Origin: Spirochaetaceae bacterium
Lineage (GTDB): Bacteria; Spirochaetota; Spirochaetia; DSM-2461
Assembly: GCA_965224705.1 (NCBI GenBank)
Contig: OZ245056.1
Location: 1,728,001 to 1,792,000 of the forward strand
Length of the DNA: 64,000 nucleotides
Direction: 5' to 3'
Shown piece by piece: positions 49,239 through 59,009 of the stretch (the stretch's first letter is position 1; each line of letters begins with the position of its first letter). The position numbers were made by a program, and so were the translations under genes. Under the pieces are notes generated by a model. That model saw nothing but the letters and a program-made list of their open reading frames with translations. It was not told where the DNA came from and searched no databases.

Positions 49239-49751
49239 ATGTTAAGAATTAAGAAATCATTTATTGCTGTTCTGGTTTTATTGATTTTTGGCCGTTTCGC
49301 TGTCTTTGCTGATGCTTCGGCTTATGGAGCAAAAGGTGTTGATTCAGCCGATGGTTTGACATTGGAAGAAATGCTAAATTATGCAATTCAGGACGAGTAT
49401 TTGGCCCGGGCTGAGTATGAACTGATTATGAAGAAATATGGGGTTATACGACCATTCAGTAACATAATCCGGGCAGAACAATCCCATATTTCCTGGGTAT
49501 CCGCTATGCTTGAAAAATATGGGTTTAGCGTTCCCAAAGACACATCACAGGACCATGTTGCCACACCATCCAGTATGAAAGTGGCATTGGAAACGGGTGT
49601 TCAAGCCGAAATAGACAACATAGCAATGTATGAAAAATTTCTGACTCAGTCCGATCTTCCTATCGATATACGGGATCTTTTCCAGAGATTACAGAGAGGT
49701 TCACGGAATCATTTAAGGGCGTTTCAGAATAATTTAAGGCGTGCTGAATAA
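49239..49751 (+). CDS. Exported ferritin-like protein (DUF2202-like)
   Basis: QDEYLARAEY, RPF.NI..AE..H, GVQAEI.NI.MY, S.NHL.AF. Confidence 0.82.
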   Translation: MLRIKKSFIAVLVLLIFGRFAVFADASAYGAKGVDSADGLTLEEMLNYAIQDEYLARAEYELIMKKYGVIRPFSNIIRAEQSHISWVSAMLEKYGFSVPKDTSQDHVATPSSMKVALETGVQAEIDNIAMYEKFLTQSDLPIDIRDLFQRLQRGSRNHLRAFQNNLRRAE

Positions 49752-49856
49752 AAAGACTGAGATTCTGCTTCTAAAAGCTTGAGTGTATCTAAAACGTCCT
49801 TCTGGAAGATTCTGGATTGGCATTTGACGGTCGTTTGTGTGAAGTCGCTCTGGGGT

Positions 49857-49960
49857 GGTAACGAAAGTATGGAATGGGATTGGTAAAATCCGATTTGAAA
49901 GAAAAAGTGAGTGTGATACGTCTCTTTCAGTCATTATGCTGAACCTTGACAAAATCTATG
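49857..49960 (+). pseudogene. IS5-family transposase C-terminal fragment
   Basis: RKYGMGLVKSDLKE, frameshift, SECDTSLSVIMLNLDK. Confidence 0.65.
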
Positions 49961-50028
49961 ATGAGATAATACGCAGACCCTCTTCTCCTGTCCCTGCCGC
50001 CGCGAACGCTTCCCGTGCACTGTTCAAG

Positions 50029-50042
50029 GAGCCTGTCGGACT
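50029..50042 (+). mobile_element. Isolated MITE family A TIR
   Basis: CAAG|GAGCCTGTCGGACT, a 14/14 match to 8926-8939. Confidence 0.6.
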
Positions 50043-50086
50043 CTCCGATGGGCATCCAGGATTTTTCCGGCGAAGGTCATTATAAT

Positions 50087-50125
50087 CTGACAATTGTTGA
50101 CAGTCGACAGTTCTGCGAGTATAAT
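50087..50125 (+). promoter_or_regulatory. Consensus sigma70 promoter with overlapping GACA repeats (probable GntR operator)
   Basis: TTGACA (50097)-17-TATAAT (50120); CTGACAATTGTTGACAGTCGACAG. Confidence 0.75.
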
Positions 50126-50251
50126 GATTCTGATTTATCCGACATCACATCATCTGCTCCTAAGACATTTCTTTAAGAGCGAAAATACCGGACATTCGTC
50201 AGACTTTCCGATATAATGGCAGGATGGACATTCATACAAGGAGCCTCAATT

Positions 50252-50857
50252 TTGGTACGATCAGTTTATCGCACGATTCCCCATCAAATCGCAGAGGGGG
50301 TTCGCACCGACATCTACACCGGGAGATATAAGGAAAATGCGGAACTCAAGGAGCAGGATCTGGCCGATCAATTCATGGTCAGCCGCGGAACAATCAGGAG
50401 CGCCCTCATGATTCTCGTGTCCGAAGGGGTGGTCAAATCTGTACCGAATAAGGGGATGCGGGTTGCCAATCATCCATCCGGAGAAGCCCTGACTCTCATC
50501 ATCGAGCTGCGAAATCGAATTGAAGAATTCGTATTACAAGATGTTTTTCAAGTTCTTCGGGATAATCATCTTGAAGAGTGGAAGCAGATACTTATGGACA
50601 TCCAGCAGGCAAGTCAATTAGACGACCTTGAGACCTTCATTGATGCCGACATTCGGTTCCATGGCTTCCTTATCAGCCTACACCCGGACCAGCACATCCG
50701 TGACCTGTGGGAGGCGACCCGGACCCGAATGATGATGCGCTATTCCCGGCTTGAGAACCTGAAAAGTGGCTATGAGGAGCACGAACGGATATTTCAGGCC
50801 GTGCAGGCCGGGAACCTGGAGAAGGCCATCGAAAGTCTGCATCGGAATATCCTTTGA
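50252..50857 (+). CDS. GntR family regulator (FadR/FCD type)
   Basis: L.E.DLA..F.VSRG.IRSAL, D..FH, EH..I..A; AAGGAG RBS before TTG 50252. Confidence 0.88.
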   Translation: MVRSVYRTIPHQIAEGVRTDIYTGRYKENAELKEQDLADQFMVSRGTIRSALMILVSEGVVKSVPNKGMRVANHPSGEALTLIIELRNRIEEFVLQDVFQVLRDNHLEEWKQILMDIQQASQLDDLETFIDADIRFHGFLISLHPDQHIRDLWEATRTRMMMRYSRLENLKSGYEEHERIFQAVQAGNLEKAIESLHRNIL

Positions 50858-50938
50858 AACATTTTGCTTAAAAGATCAGAATCAGGGCCTGCCGTTACCG
50901 AGGGTATGCATTATAAACTCTGTCAGGCACAGATTTTG

Positions 50939-51427
50939 TTAGTCTATTTTTCTTTGCTGCTCGTCGTAAAGTCCTATTAATAAGCTATTTCCGTTCTTAT
51001 CTATTTTCACTCCCCCGTATTTTGCACTTTCATATTTTTCCGCTTGTCCTTCCTGAAAAAAGAAGGATTCCGCTCCGATGCTAACGTTCCGTTCGTCTGA
51101 CGATGCGTATTTGATAAGATGCTCACCCTCATTTAGAGGAGTTAGGTCTTTCTGAAATCTAATTTTAGCAGCTATGTTATTGGTGTTAAGCCTGATAACA
51201 CAATATCCTCGTCTGGGCATATTATCAAAATCCATGTTTTCCGAAATCTCATATCGGAGAGCCATATAGTCGCCCTGCATTAAAGAACGAGGGTCAACTG
51301 GAGCAAGCTCCAACAAAACTAATAGTCCATCTTTCAATAATGCCTCTTTCTTCACTATGGAATGGTTAAAGTATATTAGCAAAAAAACGAGGTTCAGAAG
51401 TATGATTATACTCTTATACTTCTTCAT
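50939..51427 (-). CDS. GDYXXLXY domain protein
   Basis: LAPVDPRSLMQGDYMALRY, GAESFFFQEG. Confidence 0.92.
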   Translation of the reverse strand: MKKYKSIIILLNLVFLLIYFNHSIVKKEALLKDGLLVLLELAPVDPRSLMQGDYMALRYEISENMDFDNMPRRGYCVIRLNTNNIAAKIRFQKDLTPLNEGEHLIKYASSDERNVSIGAESFFFQEGQAEKYESAKYGGVKIDKNGNSLLIGLYDEQQRKID

Positions 51428-52475
51428 TTGCAGTCAACTTTTTATTGGTGAACAAATAAAGCAGTATAAAAACTACACCTGTAGAAAATAAAAGTATGGA
51501 TTTGGTAAGTAAAGTAAAATTCAAATCGTAATAATACTGGGAAATAAAGTAGATAAATGAGATAATTCCCAACACAAACCCTGTTTTGTAGTTTACCAAA
51601 AAACTCAATAGAATAATGAGAATAGCACCGGATATTGCAGGAGATAATGCTGTTAATGATAATGCAAGAACGGTGAAAATGTAAATACCGATTCTATGCT
51701 TCGGTTCGGTTATATTCAGGATATTGAATAGTTTGGAAACCAAAAAAACTATTGCAGCAATTATAACAATAGAGGACAACCAGACATATCCGGGTGATAC
51801 AGGAAAAAGTCCTCTTTTTCCAAGAAATACCAATCCTGGCAGAAATGAGAAAATCAATCCTATTCTGACAGGATTGTAAAGTTTCGATAAGGATTTTCTG
51901 GCCTTAATTAGCATGGCTTCTTTCAGAAAAATATAAGTCATAGCTAATGCAATTAAAATAACATAGGCATGAATAGCATCATAAGCTTCGTTCCATGTAA
52001 TCAGCATTAGAATATTTCCGTTAATAACTAGAACAGAAACAAAAGACAGTATGTAGTTCTGAACAATACTTAGCGATCCACAAGCAATAATGATGAGTGT
52101 AATATTTATAATTATTGCGTCTATGCCCAACTCTTCAAAACCAAGGCCAATAAGTATAAAACCAATGATGAAGCAGGAGATACTTACTGTGTCCATGATA
52201 AATTTATCAAATTTTTTGTTTATCCAAATTGAAGCTGCAATAAAAATTCCTCCAAATATTAATGATACATAATCGTAAAATATTGAAAGATAACTCAAAA
52301 ATACTGAACTTGCCAGTATTCCTCCGAAGACAGATAGTATTTTTACTGACAAAGATTGGTTTCCACTATCGTTCCGATAAGCCGAAACAATAGCATCTTC
52401 ATCAAATAGTAGTGGTTTGTCTTCCATTTTTTGGAAATAATCCAACATGGTTTTAATGTCGTCTTTATTACTCAT
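51414..52475 (-). CDS. DUF4401 membrane protein
   Basis: Multi-TM; YYYDL..TLL.KS C-terminal motif; context. Confidence 0.8.
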   Translation of the reverse strand: MSNKDDIKTMLDYFQKMEDKPLLFDEDAIVSAYRNDSGNQSLSVKILSVFGGILASSVFLSYLSIFYDYVSLIFGGIFIAASIWINKKFDKFIMDTVSISCFIIGFILIGLGFEELGIDAIIINITLIIIACGSLSIVQNYILSFVSVLVINGNILMLITWNEAYDAIHAYVILIALAMTYIFLKEAMLIKARKSLSKLYNPVRIGLIFSFLPGLVFLGKRGLFPVSPGYVWLSSIVIIAAIVFLVSKLFNILNITEPKHRIGIYIFTVLALSLTALSPAISGAILIILLSFLVNYKTGFVLGIISFIYFISQYYYDLNFTLLTKSILLFSTGVVFILLYLFTNKKLTANEEV

Positions 52476-53421
52476 TTGCCCATCTCTTTTGAAAGTTAAT
52501 CAGGTTTTTAATTGTTAGTGTAACGCCGGCTATGATAAGCAAACTCACCACGAACACCATCATTTCTCCTTCTGATATTTCAATGAGTAAAGCCGACATG
52601 ATGATGATAAGGCTAAATGGTATAACTGAAAGGTAAAAACCGCTTTTTGTTTTCAGTCCGGTCCAAATTCCCAGGGCGAATGTTATGGCAGTGGTTAAAA
52701 TTAATATGGACATGGATAAGGCCGACTGATTCTCGCCAAAAATACCGATGACTATACCGATAGTTGCATAGATCACAGAAGCTAAAGCGACTGTATATAC
52801 AAACCAATTGGAGGTTCTTTTCCTGATAAAAAGAAAGATGAAAATAAGTACAGCCGTATTGGTGATAAAAAGGAAGGTGCAAACAAAAACTCCCGACCGA
52901 TTTTTGGCAACTTGTTGTGAATATAAAATGAATGTCGTATTAATCAGAATGAGATACAGCAACCATAAAGGAGTGAAATTTGAAACCAGAACCCATAGTG
53001 TTACAAAAACAGTCCAGGTTAAAAATAAGTCGTAGGCATCAGCTCCTGTTTGGTAAATCTGTCCGAACACGGCAAACAAAACGCCAATTATAACCGATGC
53101 TCCTGTAAGGATAATATTTCTGACACTATTGTTTATTCTTGTATGAAAAACTAAAATAGTTGTCGCAATCAGCACTCCCTCCGCCAGCCCGATTTTGGCG
53201 AATTTGTGCAGGTCTGCCCAATTGTAGGCAAAAAAGAAAACAATCCCCGACACAGTAAAACCAACACCAAGACTGATGAAAAACAGTCGGGAAAATTTTT
53301 TCCAGGCCTCTTTATCATTATAAACATTTTCTTCCAAAGCTCTGGCAATCTCTTTTTCTGTCAGGTTTGAATGCCTGCCAATTATGTGGATGTCATTTCG
53401 CTCCATACTCTTTACTCGCAT
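52468..53421 (-). CDS. DUF2157 membrane protein
   Basis: GIVFFFAYNW, GQIYQTGAD.Y.LF..W. Confidence 0.85.
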   Translation of the reverse strand: MRVKSMERNDIHIIGRHSNLTEKEIARALEENVYNDKEAWKKFSRLFFISLGVGFTVSGIVFFFAYNWADLHKFAKIGLAEGVLIATTILVFHTRINNSVRNIILTGASVIIGVLFAVFGQIYQTGADAYDLFLTWTVFVTLWVLVSNFTPLWLLYLILINTTFILYSQQVAKNRSGVFVCTFLFITNTAVLIFIFLFIRKRTSNWFVYTVALASVIYATIGIVIGIFGENQSALSMSILILTTAITFALGIWTGLKTKSGFYLSVIPFSLIIIMSALLIEISEGEMMVFVVSLLIIAGVTLTIKNLINFQKRWANE

Positions 53422-53443
53422 TTGTTCTTATACTACCACATTG

Positions 53444-53468
53444 GAGGGGTAAGAACATTTTACCCCTC
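53444..53468. terminator. Stem-loop between kdgK and the DUF2157 gene
   Basis: GAGGGGTAA-7 nt-TTACCCCTC. Confidence 0.5.
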
Positions 53469-53591
53469 TACTCAACAAGCTCATTCATTGGGCCTGTTAT
53501 TCAGATCTGTCTTCAAAATTTGTAAGTAGTATAACAGAAGTTTTCACCAGAAGGAATAGAAAAAGCATCTGAAATACACCACGGATTCAGG

Positions 53592-54662
53592 TTAGCGTTT
53601 AACTCTGGCATTTCCCTGCCAGATGCTCCAGATCTGTTCCTCATCAGCAGGAATTCCGTAATCCGTGTGCATGGTTGCGGCGAGGACACCTGATGCCCAA
53701 CCAAACTGAATCCATTTCTCATCCTTCCAGCCCTTCAAAATACCGTAAAGCATTCCTCCCACAAACCCATCACCTCCGCCGATGCGGTCAAGAACTTCAA
53801 TAGGCCTTGGTTCAACAACATGCCACTGATCACTGTTAAGCATGATTGCTCCCCAATGGTGACGGTTTGCATGTTCAACTTCACGCAGAGTCGTGGCAAA
53901 CGTGTGTGCGTTACTGTATGTCTGACGAACCCGCTCAATCATTTCCTTAAAACCATCGATTTTTGCGTCAAGGTCCTCACCTCCGGCTTCGGGGCCCTGC
54001 ACTCCGAGACAGAGTTGAAAATCCTCTTCATTTCCGACGAGTATGTCAGAGAGAGAGGCAAGCTCATGAAAGACCTTTCTCAGCTCTGGTTCCCGATCCT
54101 TCCAGAAGGTGGCTCTGTAGTTCAGATCAAATGATATCTTAGACCCTGCGGCTTTTGCTGCCCTGGCAATATCCACACAAAATACAGCTGTTTCAGGAGA
54201 GAGACCCGCAATCAGGCCGGAAAGGTGAACTATTCCAACACCTTCTTCTTCAAATATCCTCTTAATGTCAAAATCCTTCAGGTTTAGAAACCGGCCAACC
54301 TCACCTGCTCTATCATTGTGGACACGGGGACCACGGCTGCCAAATCCGCTGTCCGCAATATTGAACTGATGACGGAATCCCCATGGTCCACCCTGTGGGA
54401 TATCCGGACCTTCATATGAAAACCCCCGGCTGCGAAAGTTAGCCTTTATAAGTGTCGATATCGGACTGTTTTCAACAAAATTCGTTAGAACCTTTACCGG
54501 AAGCCCCAGATACGATGCAACAGAGGCCACATTCGTTTCAGCGCTGGTGACCTGAATCCGAAAAATATCTGAGCTGTGTACCGGTTGAGCTCCAACCGGA
54601 TCAATTCGAACACCTATGCTTGTGGGAACAAGCAAGGACCATTTACAATCTTTTTTCATCAC
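53592..54662 (-). CDS. kdgK: PfkB sugar kinase, 2-keto-3-deoxygluconate kinase-like
   Basis: SAETNVA, SFDLNYR, GNEED, DRIGGGDGF, ARVKR C-terminus. Confidence 0.8.
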   Translation of the reverse strand: MMKKDCKWSLLVPTSIGVRIDPVGAQPVHSSDIFRIQVTSAETNVASVASYLGLPVKVLTNFVENSPISTLIKANFRSRGFSYEGPDIPQGGPWGFRHQFNIADSGFGSRGPRVHNDRAGEVGRFLNLKDFDIKRIFEEEGVGIVHLSGLIAGLSPETAVFCVDIARAAKAAGSKISFDLNYRATFWKDREPELRKVFHELASLSDILVGNEEDFQLCLGVQGPEAGGEDLDAKIDGFKEMIERVRQTYSNAHTFATTLREVEHANRHHWGAIMLNSDQWHVVEPRPIEVLDRIGGGDGFVGGMLYGILKGWKDEKWIQFGWASGVLAATMHTDYGIPADEEQIWSIWQGNARVKR

Positions 54663-54679
54663 TGTGATTTTTTCCTTTC

Positions 54680-56140
54680 CTACACTTCGTAAGTTGTTGA
54701 AGAAACGTTACCGCCGGTACCCGTCCAGTTTGTGTGAAAAAACTCACCCCGGGTCCTGTCGATACGCTCATACGTATGGGCCCCGAAATAGTCTCGTTGA
54801 GCCTGAATCATGTTTGCGGGAAGTTCGGCACTGCGGTATCCATCAAAAAATGAAAGAGATGTACTTAAGGCAGGTACAGGAACTCCAAGTTGGGTTGCTG
54901 CAACCAATATCCTGCGCACACTGGCCTGGGATTTCACAAGAATATCCCTAAAATACTCATCCAGCATCAACGAGGGTTGAGACGGGTTTCGGTCAAAAGC
55001 TTCCTTGATTTTGCCCAGAAAAGCCGAACGAATAATACATCCTCCCCGCCACATGAGAGCAACTGATCCGAAATTAAGATCCCACTCATTTTCCTTCGAG
55101 GCTTCCTTCATGAGCATAAATCCCTGAGTATAGGAAATGATTTTAGCAAAAAGCAGTGCTGCTTCAAGATCCTTAATAAACTGTGCCCTGTCACCTTCAA
55201 GCTCATAATCCGGACCAGGAAGCACTTCTGACGCCTCAATACGCTCGCTTTTCAATGAAGAGAGGCAACGGGCAAACACCGCTTCACCAATAAGAGTAAC
55301 AGGCACTCCCATTTCAAGGGCTGCAATTCCTGTCCATTTTCCTGTTCCCTTCTGGCCGGCAGAATCAAGAATTCTTTCCACAAGGGCAGTTCCATCCTCA
55401 TCCTTATAAGCCAGGATATCCCTGGTTATTTCAATGAGATAAGAATCAAGGGGGCCTTTGTTCCATTCAGCAAAAACTTCATGCATTTCCTGAGAAGTAA
55501 GTCCCGCACCATTTTTTAAAAGCTGATACGCCTCGGCTATGAGCTGCATATCTCCATATTCAATGCCGTTATGCACCATTTTTACATAATGACCTGCCCC
55601 TGCATTCCCAACCCAGTCGCAGCATACTTCATCTGTTTCTGTTTTCGCAGCAATAGCCTGAAAAACAGGTTTCACCGCCTCCCATGCATCTGTGTTTCCG
55701 CCGGGCATAATGGACGGCCCTGTACGAGCTCCTTCTTCCCCTCCCGATACTCCGGTACCGATAAAAAGGATTCCTTTTTCAGCCAGTTCTTTCGTACGGC
55801 GGTTTGAATCGTTAAAGCGGCTGTTTCCACCATCGATAATTATATCACCCGGTTCAATCAGTGGTAGAAGACTGTCAATCACCTTATCAACTACCTCACC
55901 AGCCTTTACCATAAGCATGATTTTTCGGGGAGTTGAAAGTCGGTTAACCAGCTCTTCAAAACTGTATGAACCGATAATGCTTTCCCGGTCTTTCGCACCG
56001 GTAGTAAGAAAATTTCTGGTTATGTTTTCAGATCTGTTGTAAACCGCAACAGTATATCCATGATCATTCATGTTCAGAACAAGGTTCTGTCCCATGACCG
56101 CCAATCCAATAAATCCTATATCAGCTTTCAACACAGTCAC
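54680..56140 (-). CDS. gnd: NADP-dependent 6-phosphogluconate dehydrogenase
   Basis: GLAVMGQNL, GVSGGEEGA, VKMVHNGIEYGDMQ, QKGTGKW, QAQRDYFGAH. Confidence 0.97.
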   Translation of the reverse strand: MTVLKADIGFIGLAVMGQNLVLNMNDHGYTVAVYNRSENITRNFLTTGAKDRESIIGSYSFEELVNRLSTPRKIMLMVKAGEVVDKVIDSLLPLIEPGDIIIDGGNSRFNDSNRRTKELAEKGILFIGTGVSGGEEGARTGPSIMPGGNTDAWEAVKPVFQAIAAKTETDEVCCDWVGNAGAGHYVKMVHNGIEYGDMQLIAEAYQLLKNGAGLTSQEMHEVFAEWNKGPLDSYLIEITRDILAYKDEDGTALVERILDSAGQKGTGKWTGIAALEMGVPVTLIGEAVFARCLSSLKSERIEASEVLPGPDYELEGDRAQFIKDLEAALLFAKIISYTQGFMLMKEASKENEWDLNFGSVALMWRGGCIIRSAFLGKIKEAFDRNPSQPSLMLDEYFRDILVKSQASVRRILVAATQLGVPVPALSTSLSFFDGYRSAELPANMIQAQRDYFGAHTYERIDRTRGEFFHTNWTGTGGNVSSTTYEV

Positions 56141-56371
56141 TCCTCTAATTGTTATGCATTTCTAAAAGAGCTGCGGCGGCGGGAAAAAGCCGCATCCCGC
56201 TTGTAGTCATAATGAATCAAATTATGACCTACATTCAGTCTATCGCAATATAAATCGCTTCAATCGCATAATAGTGCGGCGAATCGCCATATGGAAAATT
56301 GAAGCACTTTCACTTACAGTTCAGCACACTCTTTGACCGTTTATGCGAAATACCTTATCCTGGAGAATACT

Positions 56372-57403
56372 ATGAAAGCACTATTAATGGAAGCGTATCA
56401 GCAGTTGAGTATTGTCGAGCTTGATATACCCCGGCCCAACGATGATGAGGTGCTCATCCGCATTCATTCCACCGGTATCTGCGGGAGCGATGTTCATGGA
56501 GTTGACGGCAGTACCGGTCGGCGCATTCCCCCTATTGTTATGGGTCATGAGGCAGCAGGTATCATAGAAGCCGCCGGTGCAAAGGTATGGCACTACAAAG
56601 CCGGAGACCGGGTCACTTTCGATTCCACCATCTTCTGCGGTGAATGTTTACACTGCAAAGCCGGGAATGTAAACTTCTGCGAGAAGAGGAAGGTTCTTGG
56701 CGTGGGTTGTGATGAATATCATCAAGCAGGAACCTTTACGGAATATATTTCAGTCCCGGAAAGAATCCTTCACCGCCTGCCGGAGAATGTGAACTTTGAT
56801 CAGGGAGCCATGGTTGAACCCTTATCAATTGCGGTTCATGCTGTGTCCATTACTCCGATAAAACCTGAAGACAGGGCATTGGTTATCGGTGCCGGGGTAA
56901 TTGGGCTGTTGACCCTTCAGGTACTGATCGCTCAGGGATGTTCAGAGGTGCATGTGACCGATCTTAATGATAGCAGATTGCAGGCGGCCAAAAAACTTGG
57001 TGCACATGCGGTTTTCAATTCCCGGGCAGAAAACCCGGTGGATGCAGTTATGAAGCATACATCCAACACGGGGGTCGACTGTGTGTTTGATGCCGTCGGC
57101 CTTCAGACAACTGTCAATGCCGGTATTAGATCACTGCGAAAAGGGGGTACATTAACAGCAATCGGCAATTTCGCCCCTGAGATTCAAATTCCCCTCCAGT
57201 ATATTGTCTCACGCCAGATTCGGGTACAGGGATCAAATGCTTCAGCAGGTGAATTCCCCGAATGTATTCGAATGATTTCACAGGAGGAAGTTGATGTGAA
57301 CAGCCTTATATCCAGAACAGTTCAACTCAGCGAAGGCGCACACTGGATGAAAATTCTGCATAAGGGAGAAAGCGACCTGCTCAAGGTAATCCTTCATCCA
57401 TAG
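56372..57403 (+). CDS. Zn-dependent sugar/polyol dehydrogenase
   Basis: GICGSD, GHE, CGEC..C, EPL, GAGVIG; GGAG RBS before ATG 56372. Confidence 0.9.
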   Translation: MKALLMEAYQQLSIVELDIPRPNDDEVLIRIHSTGICGSDVHGVDGSTGRRIPPIVMGHEAAGIIEAAGAKVWHYKAGDRVTFDSTIFCGECLHCKAGNVNFCEKRKVLGVGCDEYHQAGTFTEYISVPERILHRLPENVNFDQGAMVEPLSIAVHAVSITPIKPEDRALVIGAGVIGLLTLQVLIAQGCSEVHVTDLNDSRLQAAKKLGAHAVFNSRAENPVDAVMKHTSNTGVDCVFDAVGLQTTVNAGIRSLRKGGTLTAIGNFAPEIQIPLQYIVSRQIRVQGSNASAGEFPECIRMISQEEVDVNSLISRTVQLSEGAHWMKILHKGESDLLKVILHP

Positions 57404-57472
57404 TTCTAAAGCGGCACATGGTCCATGAGTATATAGCTCGCCCCTGCCGATTGACTCTGTATAGGAGAATTC

Positions 57473-58255
57473 ATGAACAATACAGTTTTTGACTTACACG
57501 GGAAGATAGCCCTTGTCACCGGAGCAAGCCGGGGTCTGGGGCAGTATATGGCACGGGCTCTAGCCGGAGCCGGCGCAGACCTCATTATTACCAGCAGGAG
57601 ATTAAGCAGTCTGGAACCCTTCAGGAAAGAACTTGAAGACATGAACCGTAGAGTACTTCCTCTTGAACTGGATGTCCGCAGCGAACAGAGTATAAAAACA
57701 ATGGTTGAATCGGCTGTCAGCCATTTCGGCCGTATTGATATTCTTGTAAACAATGCTGGCTGCAATATCCGAAAACCTGCATTGGAAGTTGAATGGGAAG
57801 ATTGGAACACAATTCTTGAAACAAATCTCCGCGGCCCCTTCTTTGTTGCCCAGGCTGTTGCAAAGGGTATGGTAGAGAAGAAATCCGGCAGAATTATAAA
57901 TATTGGATCTGTTACCAGTGTATTTGGATATGCAGGCATTACCCCCTACTGTGCCAGCCGCGGCGGTATCAAACAGATGACAATGAGTCTGGCAGATGAG
58001 TGGGGCAATGATGGTATTACAGTTAACTGCCTTGCGCCGGGATGGTTCAAAACCGAGCAGAATAAGGTTCTCTATGAGAATGCCGGCTGGCTTGAATACA
58101 TCAAGGACCGGATTCCTCTTAACCGTCCTGGACAGCCAGGAGATCTTGACGGAGCAGTTGTTTTTCTCGCATCCGATGCATCAGCCTACATCAGCGGACA
58201 ATGCCTACTTGTAGACGGAGGCATTAGCACCGGGGCAACAAAAGCTACCGTTTAG
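57473..58255 (+). CDS. SDR, gluconate 5-dehydrogenase/KduD-like
   Basis: VTGASRGLG, NNAG, YxxxR (Lys replaced by Arg), APGWFKT. Confidence 0.85.
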   Translation: MNNTVFDLHGKIALVTGASRGLGQYMARALAGAGADLIITSRRLSSLEPFRKELEDMNRRVLPLELDVRSEQSIKTMVESAVSHFGRIDILVNNAGCNIRKPALEVEWEDWNTILETNLRGPFFVAQAVAKGMVEKKSGRIINIGSVTSVFGYAGITPYCASRGGIKQMTMSLADEWGNDGITVNCLAPGWFKTEQNKVLYENAGWLEYIKDRIPLNRPGQPGDLDGAVVFLASDASAYISGQCLLVDGGISTGATKATV

Positions 58256-58256
58256 A

Positions 58257-59009
58257 CTATACCCGAAGACCGATTCTGGTTTTAAACTCTTTCATGCGAT
58301 CCCTACTCACCTGCAGGGACTCATTTGAGTCTATAACAACAGCAAGCTTCCCCTGTCCCCACGGCATCACTTTCGTGATGCGCTCCAGATTCACAATTGC
58401 CGTCCTGTGTATTCTCATAAACTTCTGAGGATCCAGATTCCCTTCAAACTGTCCCAGGGATGTATCAGTCTGATACTCATCTCCACCTGAAGAAATAAAC
58501 ACCAGACCAGATGAAGTCTTTATGGAGCTAATTTCATCCACGGGAATTATCTTGAAAGAAAATTTGTTTCTCACTGTCACTCTGCGGAGATAGTCCTTCC
58601 GGTCATTCATTAGTTTTGAAACAAGCTGGGTTCGCTCTAAATAACCCTCTGGCTGAACCGTAAGTTTGCGGATAAGGTCCATGGATTCTTTAAACCGTTC
58701 CTTGCTGAAAGGCTTTAACAGATAATCCAGAGCATGCTTGTTGAAAGCCTGAATTGCATATTCATCAAAAGCCGTTGCAAAAATGATTATCGGCACATGA
58801 TTCAGGCTGTCAATTACTGTAAAACCATCACCCCGGGGCATTTCAATGTCGAGGAAGAGAACATCGGGCTTCAGATCATTTACAATGCGGACTGTTTCCT
58901 CACCGTTCTGTGCCTGTCCTTCAATTGTAAAATCAGGATACTCGGAGAGGAATGAACACAACCGTTCTCTTGCCAGCGATTCATCATCAGCAACTACCAC
59001 TCTTATCAT
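58257..59009 (-). CDS. LytTR family response regulator
   Basis: DDE.LAR, FLDIEMP, TAFDEYA, DYLLKP, F.RIHR..IVN. Confidence 0.93.
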   Translation of the reverse strand: MIRVVVADDESLARERLCSFLSEYPDFTIEGQAQNGEETVRIVNDLKPDVLFLDIEMPRGDGFTVIDSLNHVPIIIFATAFDEYAIQAFNKHALDYLLKPFSKERFKESMDLIRKLTVQPEGYLERTQLVSKLMNDRKDYLRRVTVRNKFSFKIIPVDEISSIKTSSGLVFISSGGDEYQTDTSLGQFEGNLDPQKFMRIHRTAIVNLERITKVMPWGQGKLAVVIDSNESLQVSRDRMKEFKTRIGLRV

